A DNA stretch of 52,477 nt from a virus (taxonomy: Duplodnaviria; Caudoviricetes), in IMG/VR virus record IMGVR_UViG_3300033182_000988, positions 1 through 52,477 of that record; one strand, given 5' to 3'. Under the pieces are notes generated by a model. That model searched no databases, was not told the origin of the DNA, and worked only from the letters and a program-made list of their open reading frames with translations. A program made the translations under genes and the position numbers. This document shows positions 10,901 to 21,100 of this stretch, in pieces (within the stretch, counting starts at the first letter, position 1; every line of letters starts with the position of its first letter).

Positions 10901-11610
10901 CGGGGAACACCAAGGAGAGTTGTACTAACTTCACTGGTCTCTTTGAATTGCTCCTCAATCTTCCAGACATTGTTTGCTGCCTTAAGATTTCTTGTTGCTC
11001 TCTCAATTAAAATATTATTAGTATGAATGCCAGCAAAGGTAGCATTGTTTGACAGTATAATTCTAGATGGATTGACTTTAGTTACAAATGTTCCATCAGG
11101 AATATATCTACCAGAAACTTTATCAAATGGTTTGACGCCAATAATTGTAGAGATTCCTATTGAATCATCAAAGTACATTCTGTTCCTTTCGGAACCCTGA
11201 TCAGCAACAGTTTTGACTTCAAGATATGGGTACTCATCTAAGTCAACAACTGTTCCACTAGTCATCAGAACAGTGGAAGCGAAACTAACAGTGCCGCCAC
11301 TGGTTGTTCCTGCTCCAGTTGTTACATAAACATCAAGATCACCGCAATAAGTTGCAGTGAAAATACCAACATTAGCATGGTCTACTCTTGTGTATGGTGT
11401 GGCGGCATTCTGATCAAAAACAATAGATGTAGATCTCTTTGCCGTTGTGTCTGGAATAAAGTATTGATCAACCTCTGTAATCAGAGGAGTGCCGAATTCA
11501 TCAGTTAATATTTCACCGTTTGCAATGTTATAAAGATTATCCTCATTAGAAGGAATAATGGAGACGGGTCTTTTATCGTCTCCAAGCCTTATATCTTTTC
11601 CCCCATTCAT
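7915..11610 (-). CDS. Large virion structural protein (paralog of 11614-15177)
   Basis: 1231 aa; shares RYQPGR, KVTMYKxEFxWYGA and KYGASYYIDGGD with its neighbour. Confidence 0.7.
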   Translation of the reverse strand: MNGGKDIRLGDDKRPVSIIPSNEDNLYNIANGEILTDEFGTPLITEVDQYFIPDTTAKRSTSIVFDQNAATPYTRVDHANVGIFTATYCGDLDVYVTTGAGTTSGGTVSFASTVLMTSGTVVDLDEYPYLEVKTVADQGSERNRMYFDDSIGISTIIGVKPFDKVSGRYIPDGTFVTKVNPSRIILSNNATFAGIHTNNILIERATRNLKAANNVWKIEEQFKETSEVSTTLLGVPRAETQLSLFSNVSSYGLDPDEFEFYSFNGGISFSSWDNRANEIYGNRYLATRTEEVQESAIRLEAFPPPYSYPFGPKFANLGGYNSDLFNQYLTFIQLGNDLYDYYNTGAGSGYPAGWKEKFLNKTNVYVQSGDVEYAAGISTSFAEIDTWTDTWRDIKDSLLIDPTDGSTFNFAKVNSVLNSSVDSTSTRPGYSSSDIRYSFLQSRRVFRYQPGRISGFTFGLKSSTEPVSGITLEWGITNPTDQYVFQIDAGQLKIIRRSTIPLESAALARSGLSILDQVRKVSGDPFDDTQYWTIEIPRDKFNGDPLNGNGPSGYLIQPNKVTMYKIEFGWYGAIGARFYAYIPAGPGEARWVVIHTLVIENSLGSPCLEDSYFRLKYSLNIANTADIRTPQFLYKYGASYYIDGGDEGTSQIYSVSTRERATNTSDYRTLMGLTPKNFILNSVGTEIENKKLIIPTRLNVTTDSLTEVKVVNCTACPGFGHVYTPGVASTESGRSVEFEFTSGNDLAAINDSYFYESDIGAKVIAPSIYNAYVVSVSDPVGTAGSFESAKIQGWGPGYNAYPVTSASRALAGIEALDRVTGVTTTVGITTYPYAVRLSNYDHYVASDFKFTGSKIELQFVNPNQKDDYAHFSDFLIGVTDIKPDVSIPDTLNGFVIGSATTTVLPNSNILYGEHTHSYASLDEDGVETGEGWAPTNPQVRMGIDYRIPTLPSPSPGICSKATIEILDPVEITNLNQFDYEPGNPPPNGTGTDSLGRHWIQIEGNFPAGVTFDGGQIALFSGGTVTVTNTRFVGIVSSYSTATTSFQYIQIDQSLGSVGADFTILIRPVQISANGMNTKSKLYNYSPYPLYLVMKLKDNAAINNISVKETVGGFERTISPKFYTLGNVEITNADGNADVTGAAPTNFTEINRLSSALIDTQNEQKLRPGTTRDILYVGANSTQEIDMSKVFGADRNVITPDNNNAEATFIVAKKLDAGASGSVQASLNFKEQ

Positions 11611-11613
11611 GAA

Positions 11614-14600
11614 TCACTGCTCCTCCCATGTCAGACTTGCTGAAATTTCTGCTGCTGGACTACCTGAATTATATGTAGACTGGGTTGAACCACAGATGTA
11701 GAGACTCTCAACTTTATTAGTGAGGGGGAATGAGAGATACTCTTTATTGTAGTCAAAGTATGGGGAGAGATCATACTCTTCACCTGATGCAGGAACAAAG
11801 ATACTCGCCACGATAGTTCCAGTCTTTGGAATTGGACTTCTTACTTGTGGATTAACCTTAATGGAAGACAACTGAGCAAGAGTAAACTCTGTTGTGATTC
11901 CAGAAACACCATCACCAACTGGATTTGAATTCTCTTCTCTTAAGAATGGTTCAGTCGTAGTAAGAATAATGTTATCTGCTGTTGCATTCAGAGCATAGAA
12001 GTAGTAACCATCAGTCTGAACGTCTTTGGTTCTATCTGATCCTCTGTTCTCAAGGTATCCAAGGACAGAGATTGGTCTCTGAGATGCATCGTTCTCAAAG
12101 TATCCTCTAAAGTAACCATAGGTTCCACCACCAATGTCTCTGATGTACTCTGCGTATGCTTGTCCAACATTAACAGTGAATGTTGTGCTGTTAGTTACAG
12201 TAACAGCAGTGGTTACTCCAGAGATTGGGTCAGTGGATCTTGGGTATGAGTGGTTGGTTGCGTAATTATCAAGTGAACATGTAAGTGTAATCGCACCATT
12301 TGCAATGTCAACTGTATCATTCGTTGACATTCCGTGAGCAGTGCTAGTTACAATGGTCAGAACTCCAGTTCCGCCATCATAATCAGTTCCAGTCGTTGCA
12401 GTCAGTGCTGCACCTGCTGCTGCTCCACTCTGAACTGTGATTGCACCAGCAGTTCCAGAAACAAAATTATGATTACCAGTGTAGATAACCAGTGGCAGAT
12501 CAACCTGAGTTGGTTTGCCTCTCTTACCGATATTAACTGAAGAGTTCAGTGTCAGTGCAGAAAGAGTTGGTTCTACAATGACTGAAGTTGTCTGGAAGAT
12601 AGGTGACTTCAAAAGGTCAACCTTAACAACCCCAGTAGAACCAGTTGAGAGTCTAGTTGGATATACCTGAGTTCTATTTCTTACGTTTCTACCAGTGCTG
12701 CTCTGGATAAAGTCTCTACACTTGATACCAACCAGAGGAGTTACACGGTTTGGAATGATATTGATGGTTGAAAGTGAAGATGAATTCAGAGGAGCATTGA
12801 GATGCAGTCTATTGTTTGATGGATTGACATAGGTGATCTCAATGTTTTGATCAAGTGGATCAGATGTGATGACCTTTGCACCAACATAGTATGATGATGT
12901 CAGCCCAGAAGTTGCACCTGCAGTGATGTATGGATCTGAAGAATCAGTTGCATTAGTGAGTGCTGCTTCAGTTGTTCCCGATCCAACTGTATAAGTTCTC
13001 TTAAGACCATACACATCTGTATTGGTTGGTGAACCATAACTAAACAGTTTTACCGTACCACGGTCACCACCATCAATGTAGTATGAAGCACCATACTTAA
13101 CAATGTGCTCAGAGGATGAACCATAAGAGAATGATGTTGCTGCTCTCAGAGCATTCGCATAACCATTTCTATTTGCTCCACCTCCACCATAGACCATGTA
13201 GGTGATAGGAAGAGTCGCATTGCCCAGTGAGGAGACCTTCAACTGGTTTGATGCCCTCAGGTGGTGTACACGTACCCAACGTGCCTCACCGTTGCTTACA
13301 GGGACGTATGCGAGGAACAGAGCACCAACAGCACCATACCATGAGAACTCAACTTTGTACATGGTAACCTTGGTCAGGTCAATGTCCCAGATACTGGTAT
13401 CAGTTAATTGTTCTCCAGTATCAGCATCGGTTACAACTTGTCCTGCTCTCTTATCTGATACTGCATCACTGTAAAGTAAGTCATCCGTTTCACCATCTAA
13501 TCGGTCACCACTAAATCTAGATCTTGGGATACGATATTCGTAAACACCCCAATAGTTAATGTCAACGTTCTGATTAACCCACTTCTTATAATATGTGTTG
13601 ACTGCATCAATCTGGGCCTTGAGTGTTGCTGTATCTGCAACCGATAATGACGTATCAATATAACCTTCATTGTTATTATCTGCATCGGTATACATGTAAG
13701 GGAACATGCCCGTTGCCTTTACAGTTGTATACTTAGTTCTACCTGCTGCAATCAGAGTACCATTTGTTGGTTGTACAAATGGAACAGGAGTTACCAGAAC
13801 GTGTGATGAAATACCAGTGAACACTTGGTTGGTAAGTCCAGTTACTGCAGTTCCACCAAGGTCTTCTAAAGTAACCGTACTGATTCCTGTACTTGAGTTG
13901 ACCGTTACTGATCCAACTCTATAGATCTTGTCATCGGTGAATCCACCATGTGCAGAGGATGCAGTTCCCTTTGAGTAGGAAACATATTGATCGGTTGAAA
14001 GACCAACTACATGTCCACCACTATGATAGAAAGTAGGAACAGTTGAAACACCAACGTTAACTGTGAATGAAGTTGCCGAGTCAACCTTTACAATATTGTA
14101 TCCTGTAGTTCTGTTTGGATATGTCTTTGGATTGACTGGATCCAAGTAGCAAGTCATTCCGATTCCAGTCAGAGTGACAAACTTACCATTCTTGAATCCA
14201 TGTTCATCACTGGTGGTGACGACCATCAAACCAGTGTTAATGTTATAAACAGCGTTAGTGACACTCTTCGCCAATCCTGCCATGGAAATTGTATTTCCAT
14301 TAAAGATTGAAGTGATTCCTACCTTGTGCTCTGGTTGTAACAGTGATGGATCATAGACACCAGCATGTGTCATCATCAAGTTATCTCTTACGATAACAAG
14401 ATCACCAAGTTCTGCATTAGTGTATCCAGTTGGGACTGAAGTTGCACCAGCACCAACAGATTCGGATGCTCTTGGATCAAGTGGATCGTAAGGATTTGTT
14501 ACGCCATAGTCGGCAGTCTGCTCAGAAGCACCAGTTCCAAAATCTACTGGATTTCTGAAGGTAATAGACTGTGTTCTTCTTACTACTGAAAAGTTATCTG

Positions 14601-15177
14601 CTTCTCCGTTATTTCTTGATTCCCAATAATAACCATCGTAGTTATCAAAGATACCGTACTTACGAATCGCAGGGTTCTGGACACTGGATCCATCTGCACC
14701 AATCAGAGTTGTCTTAACGCCAAAGGTAGCGGAAGAAACACGACCAGGTTGATATCTGAAGAATCTCTTTGAAGTCAGGATTGCAGTCTTATCTGCAGGA
14801 GCTTCAAGAAGAGCACCAGATTCTTCGGGTACATGAGTGAGACCCCAACCCATTGTCTGAGCAACACCAACATAGTTGCCATCATTACCAACAGTGGCAA
14901 ACTGTTCTGGTGTCGCTGTCCATTCAGTTGGGTTTACATCATAAGTGTTAACGTCAGCGAAGATACCAAGAGCAACCTCCGATCTGGGAATACCCAGAAG
15001 GGAGAGTGCAACTTCGGACTGGACTTTATTCTGTTCAGCAACTGGAATAGTTGACTGGTCACTTGCAATAACAACAGGGATTGACTTTTCAGACTTTTGT
15101 TGACCAGGAGGAACAGGAGCAGTTCTACCTACAACAACAACTGCTGAATTATTATTTACGTTAGTATTGTCTGGCAT
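11614..15177 (-). CDS. Large virion structural protein
   Basis: 1187 aa; shared motifs above plus TTxxxHG...G repeat modules. Confidence 0.7.
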   Translation of the reverse strand: MPDNTNVNNNSAVVVVGRTAPVPPGQQKSEKSIPVVIASDQSTIPVAEQNKVQSEVALSLLGIPRSEVALGIFADVNTYDVNPTEWTATPEQFATVGNDGNYVGVAQTMGWGLTHVPEESGALLEAPADKTAILTSKRFFRYQPGRVSSATFGVKTTLIGADGSSVQNPAIRKYGIFDNYDGYYWESRNNGEADNFSVVRRTQSITFRNPVDFGTGASEQTADYGVTNPYDPLDPRASESVGAGATSVPTGYTNAELGDLVIVRDNLMMTHAGVYDPSLLQPEHKVGITSIFNGNTISMAGLAKSVTNAVYNINTGLMVVTTSDEHGFKNGKFVTLTGIGMTCYLDPVNPKTYPNRTTGYNIVKVDSATSFTVNVGVSTVPTFYHSGGHVVGLSTDQYVSYSKGTASSAHGGFTDDKIYRVGSVTVNSSTGISTVTLEDLGGTAVTGLTNQVFTGISSHVLVTPVPFVQPTNGTLIAAGRTKYTTVKATGMFPYMYTDADNNNEGYIDTSLSVADTATLKAQIDAVNTYYKKWVNQNVDINYWGVYEYRIPRSRFSGDRLDGETDDLLYSDAVSDKRAGQVVTDADTGEQLTDTSIWDIDLTKVTMYKVEFSWYGAVGALFLAYVPVSNGEARWVRVHHLRASNQLKVSSLGNATLPITYMVYGGGGANRNGYANALRAATSFSYGSSSEHIVKYGASYYIDGGDRGTVKLFSYGSPTNTDVYGLKRTYTVGSGTTEAALTNATDSSDPYITAGATSGLTSSYYVGAKVITSDPLDQNIEITYVNPSNNRLHLNAPLNSSSLSTINIIPNRVTPLVGIKCRDFIQSSTGRNVRNRTQVYPTRLSTGSTGVVKVDLLKSPIFQTTSVIVEPTLSALTLNSSVNIGKRGKPTQVDLPLVIYTGNHNFVSGTAGAITVQSGAAAGAALTATTGTDYDGGTGVLTIVTSTAHGMSTNDTVDIANGAITLTCSLDNYATNHSYPRSTDPISGVTTAVTVTNSTTFTVNVGQAYAEYIRDIGGGTYGYFRGYFENDASQRPISVLGYLENRGSDRTKDVQTDGYYFYALNATADNIILTTTEPFLREENSNPVGDGVSGITTEFTLAQLSSIKVNPQVRSPIPKTGTIVASIFVPASGEEYDLSPYFDYNKEYLSFPLTNKVESLYICGSTQSTYNSGSPAAEISASLTWEEQ

Positions 15178-18100
15178 TTAGATGACTCCGACTCTTCCTT
15201 TGGCGATTGTAAATGTTCTCCTTATAGATATATATCCACTCTGGTTACCATCAATTACAGAAGTTGTTGTAAATCCAGTCAGTGCGAGTTCAACAGAGGT
15301 GATACCAACAGTTGTCTTAGACTGAACAGTGAGACTGTACTGCGAAAGACTTGGAGATACTGAGTGGTTGACAAGTTTCACAACGTCACCAGTGGAGATT
15401 CCACTTGCTTGTGTATAGTCATCAAGTGTAACCGTGTAAGTAGTTGCACCTGCACCGATTGTGTTCCAAACACCTGTTCCGATTCCAATGTAAGTTGAGA
15501 ATCCAGAAGGTTGCTGTAAGAATTCTTGTGCAACGATATCGTATCCAAGAGCACTGCTGAGACCCAGAGTACTGGTGTTTGCAAGTGGCATTGAGAGTTG
15601 AATGTATCCATTCTGTCTGCCAAATGTTCCAGTGTCTGGAGTTGTGATGTTGAAACTCAGGAATGGAGTACCAAGAGTTTCGTTTGTGGTTCCCTGACCA
15701 ACGATGGTTCCGATTCCAGCAGAAGTAATGGAGACTTTTCCGCTGCTGATATCCTTGGCATCACCATCCACAATGTACTGAAGAACAGGACCGAAGAAGT
15801 CAGCAGTTCTATCAATCGTGATATTGACTGAGTTGTAGTCGCTGTCATAGATGTCTGGTGATGGGATGTACTCATCGGATGGACCAAGAATGATGTTGTT
15901 GGTGGTTGTGATCTTACCAGTTGCGTAAGTCCTCAAACCAGTTCCACAATTGCGGATGATGTTACCGCCAGTGGAGACAATAGAAGTAACAGAGAGGTCA
16001 ACAGGACCAGGATAATTCTCAAACAGAGAATCATTGATTCTCAGAACTTCAGATTCTTGTGCTTGGATTGGTTCAAATGGATATCTATCAGTCAGTGATC
16101 CATCAACAAACGATGAGTTCTCAACTGAAACTCTGTTTGAATCATAGATGTAGAGACCGTGTGCGGGACTGTTGCGGATCTCAAGATCTTTAAAGAGTGA
16201 AGAAGAAATACCCCTGAAGTAAACCAGATAGTTATCTAATTCTCCATCAAAGAGAATGTTGTTGCCATTATTTCCATCAATCGTGATGTCCTTGATGGTT
16301 ACATCCGATGCATTTGTGGTTCCAATTCCAACAAAGTTTCCATCAAAGTCAAGGCTGTTTCCGCCACCATCTGTTTCATCATTTGCAAAGTACTGCTGCT
16401 TGATGATAGTATTCTTTCCGTTTCCACTAAGAGTAAATCCAGTTGGAATAATAATCTTATTGGCAAGATAGGTTCCACTTGGCATATCAAGATAGTTACC
16501 ACCAGATGCTACAGTGTCATCAATCGCTGCACTGATTGCATAAGTGTTATCATGGACAACGGTTACTGCATCGGTAGTTCCAAATCCAGTTGCATTGTTA
16601 AAGTTATATGCACCGTTGACAGTGATTGTGCTTGCACCGATAGAAACGATTTCATCTAATGCCCAACCTCTTCTCTGTCCAGTGGTTGCAATGTTGGGGA
16701 AGTGAATCTGATCCGAATCATATTCATTCTTCGTACCCTTGGTTGACCAGGTGGTTTTCTCATAAACACCGTAGTCTTTCCAGAGAATACCAGCAGTTGC
16801 ATTGGTCAGTTCCTTAGGACCAAGGATACCAACTAACTTCGCATCATTAATATTAGTTGTTCCTGCACCAACACTCTCTTGTCTGTAAACAAGAATACCA
16901 TGATTGGTATCAGTTCTTGCAAGAGTCAGAGTGATGTGATCAAGATCATTGAAGTTCTCAATGGATGTCATTCCAATTCCAGAGGTTGGAGAAATCTGGG
17001 AAGAAACACCGACCTTACCATTTCTGTAATTGTATTGTGCAATCCAGTAGCGATAGGTTGAAACGGTAGCAGAAGTACCAACCTGTGCGAAACTAGAAGA
17101 ACCAACAACAGGACCAGATACGGTAACCGAATCAGAGGTGCTGGTTACACCGAAGAGTTTAACCTTCTCTCCTACGTTGAACTTAGCAGTAGCGATACCA
17201 CTAACTACCAGTTTACCACCTACAGTGCTACCAGTTCCGACATAAACTGTTGGGTCATTGCTGATATTGTAACTTCTTAACTTGAATGCATTAAGTTCAT
17301 GTGCGTCAACTAACTCATATCCATTACCAGCACTGTTGACTTTCAGAACACGATCCCTCTTGAAGGTCGTCTCTTCTGTTGAAGTGTTAGGAAGATCAGA
17401 TAACTTGAAGTTTTCGTAAACATTTGCACGGATCGTTCCGTTAACATCCAATTCATAAGAAGGGGTTGCAGTCTTGATACCAACAAACTCACTAGACTGA
17501 TTAACAATCAGTGATGGGTTTGCATCAGGACCAATCTGGAAGAATGGATTGACAGTGTTGTTACCCTTGAGGAGTAACTTGATTGCGTTGATTCCATCTT
17601 CAGCATCAGTAGAAGTAATCTTATTGGTAAAGTTTACTGGTCCTCTGAATTCTGATGGAAGGTTTCTGTTTGCACCACCACCAACACGGAGAGTGTTACG
17701 AACATAAACATCGTCAAAGGTTGCAGTGAGATCTGATCCAGTCTCACCCAGGAACAGTTCTCTTGCAGTTGCTCTCTCGCCAGTGAAGAAGTCACCACGA
17801 TCATTCATACCAGAGAAGAATACGATACCGCCTTTCTCTTCCTTAGAAACTGAGAGAAGTTCCTCTTCCTGAGTCAGAGTTCTTTGAATTCTCTGAGGGA
17901 GTGCAGTGGAGTAGTTACCAGGACCATAACCAACGTATTCAAAGGTGTGACCCGAAGCACGGATGCTGGAGAATCTACGAACCTCAGAAGGAATGACCTT
18001 AATGTTCTTGACAACAGATCCATTATCGTGTGGTTTTGCAATTGTACCAAGTGTACCTCTGATTACGGTGAGGTTTGAATCACTTGCAACTGCAGAAACT

Positions 18101-21100
18101 CTGATGACTTCATCATCAACTTGGAGGAATGAACCTGTTGAGAATCCAACAGTGCTAGTAACCTGTAGGGTAGTTGCCGTTGTGCTGATACCAGCGGACA
18201 TTGTGGTGCTGATACCAGCGTTCATGCTCAGCAGACTTCCACCGATCTTCTCACTTTGGAGAGAAGTGTCTTCACCAAATGCACCAATACCATACTTATA
18301 AACTTCTGCAGATCCGATTGCAGTTGTGGTGATACCAACAGTTGGTTTGATGGTGAAACTAAACTGACTGACTTTTTCCTTAACGATGAAGTCAGCATTG
18401 TAAGTATCAGCAGCAGATCCAGTAACTCCAGTGATCTTGATTCTGTTACCAACCGAAAGACCATGGGCCTTGGTAGTGGTGACAGTTACGATTCCCGCAA
18501 GAGTTGTTACTGCAACACCAGTAACTGTACTAATTGGAAGTGCTTCATCAACAACGTAGAATATACCACTTGAAGTCGTATAGATTCCAGGGTTTGTTCC
18601 TGCGGTGTAGGTTACAGACTTGGAACTTGGAACGTCAGTGATCTTATACAGTCCGTTGTAACCACTGTTGTTGCGGTTCTGGGTTGTACCAATACCAACA
18701 ACCTGAATGACATCACCGATGTTATCGTTGATTGAATTGATGCGGAGAACACCACCAGTACCAGTTGGAACACTCAGGGTATTACCGACACCGTATGCAC
18801 CACCGCCATCTACAATCTGAACTGCGGTAATCGTTCCTGCAGCACTGACAGTAACGTTTGCGGTTGCACCAGATCCATCACCACCAGAAAGTGAGAGGTT
18901 GTAGAGAGTGGTTACAATACCAGCACCATAACCTGTTCCTGCTTCAGAGATTCCAAGACCAGTGATAGTGTTGAGGTTATGGTCTAAAGCACTATATACG
19001 GTGGAAACACCAGAAGTACTTGAGATTGCACCAGTGACTGCAAAACCAATTCTGTTATCATCAAGATAGTTGATAGCAAATTCTTTGGTGATGCTGTTCA
19101 GTGGATCATTGACAACAACCTTACCGAGCAGTTTGTCAGAAGCAGCGGACACTGCCTGCTCTGGGTCATTAACTGGGTTGTCAATGTCAACAGTTGGGTA
19201 GAGGTAGTTCAGGTTCTGCTTGAACTTGAGGCTTGAGAACTCAGAAACTGTTGGTGAGATGTTTCCGATCAAGCAGGTCAAATAGTAGATACCATCTTGA
19301 ATACCCGAAACATATTCTTGAACTGTTTCTACTTCTTGGATTGTATATGTTGTGTCGTACTCGTTTCTCTCAAATACAGGAAGTCCAGAACCTCTGGTTG
19401 AAACATTATCGGTGAATGCTCCACCGTCATTTGCATTTGTATAAGTGAATGTCTTTGTATCACTTACTGAAGTTACATAGTAGTAACCATTAAAACCTGC
19501 TTCATCAGCACCAGTGGTGTTGGTGGAACTCTTAACATTCTTGATGTGAACTCTGTCATTGACACTCAGACCATGTGGTCTCTCTGAAGTAACAGTGACA
19601 GTTGAACCAGAAGTTGAGATGCCAGCAATGACACGAGGATTACGGTTAGAGTTTACATCAATAATTGTTGACTCTTCTGAAACCGTCTTGGATTCTTGAA
19701 GTACAAAGTTCTTTGAAGGTGCCTTTGCATTTGAGAATTCCTTAGGAACAACATAACGTAACTTATAGATTCTGCTGTTCAGGTCACGATTCTCAGAGAG
19801 TCTTCTAACATAAGTTGAGGAGTTATTGCTTGCAATCTCTGTTGAGAAACCAACAAATCCATTGTAGATTGTATTAGTTGCAGTGGTAGAAGAACTCAGT
19901 ACGTACCAGTTGTTTTGTGCAGAATCATACTGAACAGGGTGTCCAAGTTCACCAGGAATCTTATCGGTAACTCTGCTGACCAGAGTTAGGATGCCGCCAT
20001 TGGTGTTCTTGATATCAACAACCGTGCCATTGTTAGCATTGTTCAGTGACTTTGCCAGTCTGATTTCAGTTGCAGAACTTGAAACAACATAGTACAGTTG
20101 GTTGTTCTCCAGTCCACCAGGAACAACACCGTTGTCACTATAGAGTCTTACTGATTCACCAGTGAAGAAGTTATGAGCGGAGTCTAAAGTTAAGGTATCA
20201 CTTGAAGCATCAATTGATGATACAGTAAATGACTTTTTCGTTGAAGGACCATCACCAGATGGAACCTGCATCAGAATTGGTGCAGAGTATTGGGTATTCG
20301 TACCACCAATGTTGGCGTCAAGATAGAGAAGTTCGCTATTTCTTGAACCAACTCTGAAACCGTTAGTGATGTTTGATGGTGGGTTATCAAAGTCAGTCTC
20401 ACCGAGGAGATAAAGTCTTGAAGTAGTAGCGGCACTTACAGTTGTAGTTGGATCTAAAGTTCTCCACAGAACGTTGAACTCTGCTTCCTGAGTATCCTTT
20501 GGGGGAACAATGTGAGTGACGTAACCAGTATCATCACGATCAAAGGATTGCTTTCTGAATCCCTTAGAGATCAGTGACTTGTTACCAAAGTTTGAGTTGG
20601 AGTTTGTGATAGATTGGTCTGCTCCATCTTCTGCCAGGAAGTGGTTGGAGAAACCAATTGCGAAAACTGAAACTGCCTGAATAACAGCATCATTTGATGC
20701 CTTGACATGGAAGTTCTCATAACCAGTCTTATAGACGGCATCCTGGTTGATGTAGAGTGGTTTCAGAGTACCAGTAGGAGCGGTATCATTAGTATCATAA
20801 AGACCAGTTGTGTCATTGTAGATCACAAATGCATTGGTGTCCTTCTGAAGACCGATACCAGTGAACTGTGCGACAACCATGGACTTGAATCCAGTTGCCT
20901 TAGCACCGTCAGCATGTAATCCACACATGCCGTAGGTGGATCTCAGTGAGCAGTTGAAGATGTATGGTGAAGCACCTGTTACGTTGTCTGCTTCAATGAC
21001 AACTTTCTCGTTACCACCAATCGTAATGACGCTATCAACTGGTGTATCAAGCAGAGTGTAGGTGAACTTGGTAGCACTGGAGATACCAGAGACCTTGTAA

